Below are positions 36,171 through 44,243 of a stretch of DNA of 64,000 nucleotides, one piece after another. Below the pieces are notes generated by a model. That model saw only the letters and a list, made by a program, of their open reading frames with translations. It did not search any database and was not told the origin of the DNA. Both the position numbers and the translations under genes were made by a program. This DNA is from Cyclobacteriaceae bacterium (lineage in GTDB: Bacteria; Bacteroidota; Bacteroidia; Cytophagales; Cyclobacteriaceae): contig BQJT01000002.1 of the NCBI GenBank assembly GCA_021604845.1, positions 2,495 through 66,494 of the forward strand. Reading direction: 5' to 3'. Every line of letters begins with the position of its first letter. The first letter of the stretch is position 1.

Positions 36171-37361
36171 ATGACTATCAACAAACAGAGATTACGGGAG
36201 TTGTCGGAATTGTATAAAAATGAACTTCTGTCAAATGTTATTCCTTTTTGGATGAAGAATTCAGTGGATAAAGAATGCGGAGGTTATTTTACGTGCCTGA
36301 CAAGGGATGGAAAAGTATTTGATTCAGATAAATTCATATGGATGCAAGGTCGTCAAGTATGGTTGTTTTCAATGCTATATAACCGGTTAGAGCAACGACA
36401 GGAATGGTTGGACATGGCTATTCATGGTGGGGAGTTTCTAAAAAAATATGGACACGACGGGAAACTTAATTGGTATTTTTCTTTAACCAGAAAGGGAGAA
36501 CCCCTGGTGGATCCTTATAACATATTCTCGTATGCCTTTGCGGCCATGGCATTTGCACAGTTAGCTGTTGCCACGAAAAGTCAGGAGTATGCAGATATTT
36601 CGGTAAGAACTTTTGAGATTATTTTATCAAAGGTCGACAATCCGGAAGGGAACTGGACCAGGTCACATAGGGGCACCAGAAGTATAAAGTACTTTGGGTT
36701 GAGAATGATCCTTTGTAACCTTTCATTAGAACTTGAAAAAGTGGTAGACCAGTCGCTATTGATTCAGACTGCAGAAAAAAGTATCCGTGAAATCATGGAA
36801 GAATTTTATCGACAGGATTTGGATATAGTTGTTGAAAATGTGGCTAAGGATGGAGCGCTTATCGACACATTTGACGGAAGATTGGTGAATCCAGGACACG
36901 CTATTGAGGTTATGTGGTTTATAATGGATTTAGCTAAGAGATTAAGTAATCCGGAGATTATAAATAAGGCCAACCAAATAACCCTTAGCATGTTAGAATA
37001 TGGTTGGGACAAGAAATTCGGGGGAATCCTTCACTATATAGACCGTTTAGGTTACCCTACACAGCAATTGGACTGGGACACAAAATTATGGTGGGTACAT
37101 ATTGAATGCCTGGTAACCCTGTTAAAGGGTTATCAATATACAGGTTGCACTGAAAACTTGGAATGGTTTGATACAATACATCAATATACCTGGAAACATT
37201 TTAGGGATGAGAAACATGGTGAATGGTTTGGTTACCTAAATAGACAAGGCGAGATCCAGTTGTCTCTCAAAGGAGGAATATGGAAAGGTTGCTTTCATCT
37301 TCCAAGAGGGCTGTACCAATGTTGGAAGATATTGGAAAAAAATTCCCAGGTTAACAGTTAA
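36171..37361 (+). CDS. AGE-family epimerase/isomerase (N-acylglucosamine 2-epimerase fold)
   Basis: 396 aa. FWMKNSVDKECGGYFTCLTRDGKVFDSDKFIWMQGRQVWLFS is the typical AGE N-terminal pattern. Confidence 0.86.
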   Translation: MTINKQRLRELSELYKNELLSNVIPFWMKNSVDKECGGYFTCLTRDGKVFDSDKFIWMQGRQVWLFSMLYNRLEQRQEWLDMAIHGGEFLKKYGHDGKLNWYFSLTRKGEPLVDPYNIFSYAFAAMAFAQLAVATKSQEYADISVRTFEIILSKVDNPEGNWTRSHRGTRSIKYFGLRMILCNLSLELEKVVDQSLLIQTAEKSIREIMEEFYRQDLDIVVENVAKDGALIDTFDGRLVNPGHAIEVMWFIMDLAKRLSNPEIINKANQITLSMLEYGWDKKFGGILHYIDRLGYPTQQLDWDTKLWWVHIECLVTLLKGYQYTGCTENLEWFDTIHQYTWKHFRDEKHGEWFGYLNRQGEIQLSLKGGIWKGCFHLPRGLYQCWKILEKNSQVNS

Positions 37362-37446
37362 AAACCTTAATTGATAAAACTAGAACCTTTAATTTATCTC
37401 TTCCGACCAATTCGAAATATAGATTTTAACATTAGGTAAGTATAAA

Positions 37447-39204
37447 ATGAAAGAAAAAGCACAAAAGGAAGCAGAGAAGTTTCTTAATAAAGAAAAGCAG
37501 TTTCATCTAGGGGTGTTACCAACCGAACAATCCAACCCCAAGACGCATAATTTGGACAGCACATTCAATTCCAACCCTTCCGAAGGTGCAAGAATGTTAT
37601 TGTCTGTTGATTGGGACGTCCATAAAATGGCCGAAAGGGTGCTGCTTGAACAAGAGTATCATACTTTGGTTGATACCGGTGTAAGGGCAATCCTCGAAGG
37701 GAAAAAAATTGTATTGTCAGGTTGCGGGGCAACCGGCCGGCTTAGTATTCTACTAGAGTCCATGTGGCGCTATTATTTTAAATCTCTTACAGTCAGGCAT
37801 CCGAAAATTTATTCAAAGACCAGAAAGTTTGAGAATGCGGTTTTTAGTATTATGACAGGGGGAGACTACGCACTTATTCGATCAGTTGAACATTTCGAAG
37901 ACTACCAGGAATTTGGAAAACAGCAGGTAAGAGAAATGCAAATAAATGCTGGAGATGTGTTGATTGCAATTACTGAAGGCGGTGAAACTTCATCCGTATT
38001 AGGTACTGTAATAGAGTCAGCAGAGCGTGGGGCATTGCCGTTTCTTGTTTACAATAACCCAACGGATATCCTTTGTAAGTATATCGACAGATCTCGAATC
38101 GTTATTGAAGATCCGAGAGTTACAGTAATTGACCTTTATTGTGGGCCGATGGCCGTAGCAGGGTCGACCCGGATGCAGGCTACAACTGCAGAACAGTTGA
38201 TTGTTGGTGCCGCCTTAGAAACGATTCTTTCCAATATTTTCATACAGGTCCTTTCTCAGGACGAATTGTCTTTATTAAACATTGGCAAGACAAACTACTC
38301 GGATTTGTTCAAAGCTTTACTTATTGATTTGCTGGCTGAAAAGAACTTGAAAACTATCAGTGAACTCATGCTACTGGAAAGGAGTGTATATGAGGAAGAT
38401 GGATTAGTTACTTATTTCGCAAATGAGTTCTTATTGGATATTTTTACTGATACCACAGAAAGGGCCCCTACTTTTGCTATACCGCCGTTTAAAAAGCTAG
38501 ATGATCATACTTCACCTCCATCATGGGCTTTTGTGAAAAACCCGACTCTTACCACCAATAAGGCTTGGGATAAGGTTCTTGGCCGGGTTCCGCGATGTTT
38601 GAATTGGACCAGAGACCTGTATTACTCCATGGGTGCACTTCCTGCCTTAGCCGATTCGCCCCCTCAATTGGATAAGTCACAACTCTTAAAATTCAGAATT
38701 GGTAATGAAGAAGATACTACGCGCTTATCAAAAACCCACAATGCTGCAATTAGTATTGTTGGGAATACAGACATTGAAAGCACGGAGTATAATGCCTACA
38801 AATCTGCATTTAATCATCATGCCTCGGAGTTTCAACAAAAATATAGGATAACGATTGGTAATAATCAGGAGGATTCAGATTATAAAGTCACGTGTGCTCT
38901 GAAACCTTCGCTTTTGAACCTCATGGAACATATGGCATTTAAGCTTGTACTAAATACAGTATCTACTGGAACTATGACATTGATGGGTAGAGTAACTGGT
39001 AACTGGATGAGTTGGGTGGAAGTATCAAATAAAAAACTTAGAGATAGAGGAATCCGATTAATTTCTGAAATCTGTGGATTAAATTATCAAAACTCATGCT
39101 ATAAGCTTCATGAAACTCTTGAAGAATTGAAAGCTACAAAGCTGGATAGTTTGTCCCCGGTACAATACACGATAAAGAAAATAAAAGAAGGTGAGAATGT
39201 CTGA
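37447..39204 (+). CDS. Long (585-aa) SIS-domain protein of the MurQ etherase / glucokinase-regulator (GCKR) family
   Basis: LPTEQSNPKTHNLD resembles the MurQ N-terminal TE-x-N-x-x-T-x-LD motif. SGCGATGRLS resembles the SIS phosphosugar loop. It is roughly twice the length of MurQ, as in the two-SIS GCKR proteins. Confidence 0.6.
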   Translation: MKEKAQKEAEKFLNKEKQFHLGVLPTEQSNPKTHNLDSTFNSNPSEGARMLLSVDWDVHKMAERVLLEQEYHTLVDTGVRAILEGKKIVLSGCGATGRLSILLESMWRYYFKSLTVRHPKIYSKTRKFENAVFSIMTGGDYALIRSVEHFEDYQEFGKQQVREMQINAGDVLIAITEGGETSSVLGTVIESAERGALPFLVYNNPTDILCKYIDRSRIVIEDPRVTVIDLYCGPMAVAGSTRMQATTAEQLIVGAALETILSNIFIQVLSQDELSLLNIGKTNYSDLFKALLIDLLAEKNLKTISELMLLERSVYEEDGLVTYFANEFLLDIFTDTTERAPTFAIPPFKKLDDHTSPPSWAFVKNPTLTTNKAWDKVLGRVPRCLNWTRDLYYSMGALPALADSPPQLDKSQLLKFRIGNEEDTTRLSKTHNAAISIVGNTDIESTEYNAYKSAFNHHASEFQQKYRITIGNNQEDSDYKVTCALKPSLLNLMEHMAFKLVLNTVSTGTMTLMGRVTGNWMSWVEVSNKKLRDRGIRLISEICGLNYQNSCYKLHETLEELKATKLDSLSPVQYTIKKIKEGENV

Positions 39205-39250
39205 ACCAAGTATAGGTAGGAATAATGATTATTAACTAATTAACAAGGAT

Positions 39251-40210
39251 ATGAAAGTTGTTATAATTGGCGGGACTGGACATATAGGCACCTATTTAGT
39301 CCCTCGATTAGTCAATGCAGGACATGAAACAATAGTAGTCAGCAGGAATAAGAAACATCCTTACTTACCCCATTCTTCCTGGAACTCAGTGAGGCATGTT
39401 GAGATGGACCGTGTTGAGATGGAAAAAGATAATCTTTTTGCAACCCAAATACTCACACTAGCACCTGATGTTGTAATTGATCTAATTTGTTACACTCCTG
39501 AAAGTGCAAGAAATCTTGTTGAGGTGTTTCAAGGGAAAATAGCGCATTTAATTAGTTGTGGAACTATTTGGGTACATGGATATAGTGAACAGGTTCCAAC
39601 CAAGGAAACTCAACCAAGAAATCCATTCTGCCAATATGGTAAAAATAAAGCAGCCTGTGAAGAGTACTTACTTTCCGTATCCCGCGATACGGGATTTCCA
39701 GTGACCATATTGCACCCGGGACACCTGGTGGGACAAGGCTGGAAACCTCTGAATCCCGCTGGAAACTTTAATCTGGTAACCTTTAAAAGAATAGCTCGTG
39801 GGGAGGAAGTGATTTTGCCAAACCTGGGCCTGGAGACCGTCCATCACGTTCACGCTGACGATGTGGCACAATCTTTTATAAAAGCAATGGACAATCGAAG
39901 TAAGGCCATAGGAGAAAGTTTTCATATTGTTTCCGAGCAAGCATTAACTTTACGTGGATATGCTATTGCAATGGCAGCTTGGTTTGGGCAGAAGCCATTG
40001 TTAAAATTTCTTCCTTGGGAAAGTTGGAAGAATACGGTTGAAAAGGATGACGCTAATGCAACTTGGGATCATATTGCCCATAGCCCGAATTGCAGTATTG
40101 CTAAAGCCCAAAAGCTATTGCACTATAGTCCACGTTATAGTTCGTTAGAATCGATTTATGAATCCATTCAATATCTGATCGATAACAATCAATTAGATAT
40201 AACCAACTAG
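39251..40210 (+). CDS. NAD-dependent epimerase/dehydratase-family protein
   Basis: 319 aa with Rossmann motif VIIGGTGHIGTYLV. Confidence 0.82.
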   Translation: MKVVIIGGTGHIGTYLVPRLVNAGHETIVVSRNKKHPYLPHSSWNSVRHVEMDRVEMEKDNLFATQILTLAPDVVIDLICYTPESARNLVEVFQGKIAHLISCGTIWVHGYSEQVPTKETQPRNPFCQYGKNKAACEEYLLSVSRDTGFPVTILHPGHLVGQGWKPLNPAGNFNLVTFKRIARGEEVILPNLGLETVHHVHADDVAQSFIKAMDNRSKAIGESFHIVSEQALTLRGYAIAMAAWFGQKPLLKFLPWESWKNTVEKDDANATWDHIAHSPNCSIAKAQKLLHYSPRYSSLESIYESIQYLIDNNQLDITN

Positions 40211-40284
40211 TTATTGATATATAAGAGAAAGCCACATCGTAGCCCGATGGGATTTATCCTGTAACCTATGAGATATTTAAGAGT

Positions 40285-41529
40285 TTGATTGTGAAAAATA
40301 AGATTGATTATAAATGGGAAGTGTTGGCCTTATTGTGGGTTGCTTTTTTCCTCAACCAAGCTGATCGGCAAGTTTTTAATGTCGTTTTACCCTTGATTAA
40401 GGCCGACTTAGATTTAACTGATGTACAGATTGGTTTGATAGCAACAGTATTTAACTTAGCCTTTGCTGTATTGGTGCCATTATCGGGATATATTGGCGAT
40501 TTATACAGTCGAAAGTGGATCATCGTAGTGAGTATTTTATTCTGGAGCATAGCCACCATGTTTACCGGACTTAGCAATGGGTTAATAATGCTGGTGCTTA
40601 CACGAAGCATTGCCACCGGCGGGGGTGAAGCGTTTTTTGCACCTGCAAATTTTGCACTTCTGGCAAATTATCACAAGAATACCAGAGCCTTTGCCATGTC
40701 GGTCCATCAGACCTCTTATTATATTGGAATCATAGTCAGCAGTTATTTAGCTGGTTATATCGGGCAGCTTTATGGTTGGCGAAACGCTTTTTATATTTTT
40801 GGTGGGGTAGGGGTAATACACGGTTTGGTACTGATATTTAGATTAAAGGATAAAGTCAAACCTGACAAGAAAGAAAAACAAGGTATTAGTTTTTGGGAAG
40901 CAGTAAGAATTGTTTTCAATACTCCTACAGCTTTGTTATTGACCATGGCATTCTGTGGTTTGGTGTTTGTACTGGTTGGATATTTGACCTGGACTCCCAC
41001 CTATTTATTTGAAAAATTTGACATGAGCCTTTCAATGGCAGGATTTAATTCGATGTTTTATACACATTTAATGGCATTTATTGGTATCCTGATTGCGGGA
41101 AAGTACTCCGATAAGATAGCACAAAAACAACCAGGGAAACGGCTGTTGATGCAAGGCCTTGGTCTTATATCCGCTGCTCCGTTTATCGTTTTAATGGGTA
41201 ATTCTGAAATATTGCTAATGGTTTATATCGGATTGGCTGGATTCGGTTTTGCCCGGGCATTTTTTGATGCAAATACATATGCCATATTGTATGATGTCAT
41301 TCCCGAAAAATACCATTCTTCTGCTTCCGGTATTATGATTACTATCGGGTTTGCAGTGGGTTCAACAGCACCTTTGATTCTGGGTTACATGAAACCTTTA
41401 TTGGGGCTTTCTTTTGGGATATCACTTCTGGCGGTTATTTGGGTGATTTCTGGGATCCTATTGATAATAGCCTACAAGTATTTTTTTGATGAGGATTATG
41501 CCCGAAACCAGGACCAGTTAATTACATAA
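40285..41529 (+). CDS. MFS transporter
   Basis: 414 aa with about 12 TM segments. GYIGDLYSRKW resembles MFS motif A. The start is TTG (40285) or GTG (40291). Confidence 0.88.
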   Translation: MIVKNKIDYKWEVLALLWVAFFLNQADRQVFNVVLPLIKADLDLTDVQIGLIATVFNLAFAVLVPLSGYIGDLYSRKWIIVVSILFWSIATMFTGLSNGLIMLVLTRSIATGGGEAFFAPANFALLANYHKNTRAFAMSVHQTSYYIGIIVSSYLAGYIGQLYGWRNAFYIFGGVGVIHGLVLIFRLKDKVKPDKKEKQGISFWEAVRIVFNTPTALLLTMAFCGLVFVLVGYLTWTPTYLFEKFDMSLSMAGFNSMFYTHLMAFIGILIAGKYSDKIAQKQPGKRLLMQGLGLISAAPFIVLMGNSEILLMVYIGLAGFGFARAFFDANTYAILYDVIPEKYHSSASGIMITIGFAVGSTAPLILGYMKPLLGLSFGISLLAVIWVISGILLIIAYKYFFDEDYARNQDQLIT

Positions 41530-41639
41530 CAACAAATTAAGGTGAGATAAGAATATCCAACATCTGGACATATATAGGTTTTGTGATTTGTTCTAATTAT
41601 TGTTAAAATTGAAATTCTTAGACTTTTCACAAAATAGCT

Positions 41640-42530
41640 ATGACCGCAAAATCGAATCAGGTAAAGATTTCCTTGAAAAAGGAATTCCAATCGTTCATTA
41701 TTCCACTAAATAGTGCTGAAAAAGAGATACTTGAGAACAGTTTAAAGAAAGAGGGATGCCGCGACCCATTAATCGTATGGGAAAACAGGGGTGAACTCAT
41801 ATTGGTTGATGGCCATAATCGTTTCGAGTTATGCACCAGAAATAGTATCTCATTCGCTATCAAGGAATTAAACTTTAAGACAAAGGAGGAGGTGAAATCA
41901 TGGATGATAGACAATCAGCTTGGAAGAAGAAACCTGACACCAGATCAAATTAGTTACTATCGCGGATTGAAGTACCTTAGAAATAAACAACAAAGAGGAG
42001 GATATAAAAATGTTCAATCGAAAGGACAAAAAGTCCTTTCGACATCGGAAAGAATAGCTCAGGAGTTCAATGTGAATGAAAAGACGATTAAACGCGATGC
42101 TCAATTTGCTCTGGGTTTGGATTATGTCGGAAAATCAAATCCAAAACTTAAGATGCAAATCCTGGAGGGACAATCAAAAGTAAAAAAATCTCATTTAAGA
42201 GCCTTAGCGAATGGCCCCAAACCTGCCATAAAAATTAAAAATGAAGCAGATTTGTACAATAAAGCAGTAAGCATATTAAGGGAGCTAGACGAATCTGAAA
42301 GTACTAAAAAAGAACAAAAGGAAGAGCTTGAAGATCACATATGGCCTTCAGCCACCAATGAGGATACTTTATTTACAACCAAACAAGATCGTATAAATAG
42401 AATAAAAGGTGCCATTCTATCGGAATTGAACAAGGCTATATCAACAGGACAAAACGATCCCATAAATCGGGCCAGGGTCCTATTGAATCAACTTGAAGAA
42501 CAAATCATCAACAAGGGTCAAGTGCATTAA
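41640..42530 (+). CDS. ParB/Srx-fold N-terminal domain protein (ParB-like), orphan
   Basis: 296 aa. The ParB-type motif is LILVDGHNRFELC. A helix-turn-helix-like segment is LSTSERIAQEFNVNEKTIKRDAQF. The C-terminus is charged and probably coiled. Confidence 0.72.
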   Translation: MTAKSNQVKISLKKEFQSFIIPLNSAEKEILENSLKKEGCRDPLIVWENRGELILVDGHNRFELCTRNSISFAIKELNFKTKEEVKSWMIDNQLGRRNLTPDQISYYRGLKYLRNKQQRGGYKNVQSKGQKVLSTSERIAQEFNVNEKTIKRDAQFALGLDYVGKSNPKLKMQILEGQSKVKKSHLRALANGPKPAIKIKNEADLYNKAVSILRELDESESTKKEQKEELEDHIWPSATNEDTLFTTKQDRINRIKGAILSELNKAISTGQNDPINRARVLLNQLEEQIINKGQVH

Positions 42531-42568
42531 TTAGCAAACCCCTTTCTGGTTATTATTTTCAACACTTC

Positions 42569-42589
42569 AGTCCAGCCTCGAGCTGGACT
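42569..42589. terminator. Hairpin between convergent genes (ParB-like gene and metallophosphoesterase)
   Basis: AGTCCAGC (42569-42576) pairs with GCTGGACT (42582-42589), an 8-bp stem with a 5-nt loop and AT-rich flanks. Confidence 0.45.
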
Positions 42590-42707
42590 AGTATTAATTT
42601 TAAAACTAATAAAAATGGTTTTATACTATTATAAATAGTATTAGAATTTATCATGAAGTAGTGCCCAGGTATTATTCAATTATCTCATAATTATTTTACC
42701 TGTGCTC

Positions 42708-43877
42708 TTAATCATTTTCAATCCATTCGAATTGCTCTAATACATCACCATTTAGACTTTTAAGTTCTGATCTCATAGTGGAGGTATTTCTAAAGATAGT
42801 TATCAGGATATAATTGTCCTGGCTTTCAAAAAACCTTGAATCCTTATCAGGAAACTTGTTCCCTTTGCCATTGAGTGATGTATTAAAATATTGGGTCTTG
42901 TCCTCCTCTGCCCGTTCTGCAAAATGACCGTATCCGGTGATCACCGCCGTTCCCTGCTGAAACATACGATGCCACTCCCCGTCCACCTGCTGGCGGGTTC
43001 TGTCGTTTTTTTCATTGTGAAGGGTAATGACATAGTTTTTATCGTTTTTGGTCATAATAGAACGGTACCATTCAAATTGCTGGGAGCCTCTCCCGAAAGG
43101 ATGGCAGCTTTGCCAGGTGGTACCCTGATCCGTAATATGATTGAAATCAAGAGCAACGAAACGAACATCGAATTTTGGAATGTCGATATACCATTTCCAA
43201 CCATCATTTGGCAGGGCAAAGAACTGACGGTACGCCGTAGCCTCAATATCATAAACAGGATTGTTAGGCGGCTCTTTACCCCGGGGCCGGATTTCTCTGT
43301 CATGATTACCCAATACTGGCATAAAGATTACGGATGGAAACAATTTTGGATAAGTATCAATCAGCGGTCTATATGCTTTGGTGCAATCTTTTACTCCAGC
43401 TCCGCAATGTGAGTGCAGGTCAGTAATATTATCCCCGGCAGTCATTAGTAAATGAATACTATCTTTCAGCACTGCATCAAGATTTGGTCGCCGGTGCCAG
43501 TTTGCAACTATTGCTACTCTTAGTTCCTTATTCGAAGGAATTTTAAATGTATTATTAGAGGATTCTTCACCACCTGTAGAAACTCTATAATGATATTCAG
43601 GAACCTCTGTGTCAATTGGAATTTCAACATGATGCAGTGTGGTACTACCTTCGACAATAACCGTATTACCATATTTTTCAGTAGTCCCATAATTTACCAC
43701 AGAGTTCCCTGGTTTTGTTGTCTCCCAATTTACAACAACTTTGTCTAGTTGGTTGGATTTACTCGTAAGCCAAATCCTTTCAACTTGAGCCGTCGATGAT
43801 TGCATAAACATTAACATACTACTTAAGCAAGCAGCCATCATTTTAGCAATTCTATAAGTCATATAAGCGCTAGTCAT
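42708..43877 (-). CDS. Secreted metallophosphoesterase, purple-acid-phosphatase-like
   Basis: 389 aa with a signal peptide and an N-terminal beta-sandwich-like region (VVNWETTKPGNSVVNYGTT). Motifs: TAGDNITD, VLGNHDRE, ITGYGH. Confidence 0.78.
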   Translation of the reverse strand: MTSAYMTYRIAKMMAACLSSMLMFMQSSTAQVERIWLTSKSNQLDKVVVNWETTKPGNSVVNYGTTEKYGNTVIVEGSTTLHHVEIPIDTEVPEYHYRVSTGGEESSNNTFKIPSNKELRVAIVANWHRRPNLDAVLKDSIHLLMTAGDNITDLHSHCGAGVKDCTKAYRPLIDTYPKLFPSVIFMPVLGNHDREIRPRGKEPPNNPVYDIEATAYRQFFALPNDGWKWYIDIPKFDVRFVALDFNHITDQGTTWQSCHPFGRGSQQFEWYRSIMTKNDKNYVITLHNEKNDRTRQQVDGEWHRMFQQGTAVITGYGHFAERAEEDKTQYFNTSLNGKGNKFPDKDSRFFESQDNYILITIFRNTSTMRSELKSLNGDVLEQFEWIEND

Positions 43878-44101
43878 ACCGCTTTATAATTTGTAAATAA
43901 TAATGAAACCATGGACGATTGTAAATTCGAAACAAATAGCCTAGCATTCCCTTTAATAGGAATAAAGCAACAACTACTAAAAACCACTGACATGTATATA
44001 GAACTGCAACACCTGGATATGTATACAAAAAAATTGGATACGGTTTCTATCCAGCCAATATTCTCAAAATAACCTAACTTTTTTATACCTAATCTTAGGA
44101 C

Positions 44102-44131
44102 GTTAGACTCTATCTAGATAAGTAGTCTAAC
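44102..44131. promoter_or_regulatory. 30-nt imperfect palindrome in the divergent promoter region; candidate operator
   Basis: GTTAGACT (44102-44109) and AGTCTAAC (44124-44131) are exact reverse complements. They flank the internal 10-bp palindrome TATCTAGATA (44111-44120). Confidence 0.3.
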
Positions 44132-44243
44132 ATAAACAATCCACCCCTATGTTCATGCACCGGGAGCTATGACTGACTATAATGTTCAATAAGCTGATAT
44201 AAAATCAATTGGATATCGAACAAGTAAACTTTCCCAATTTGTA

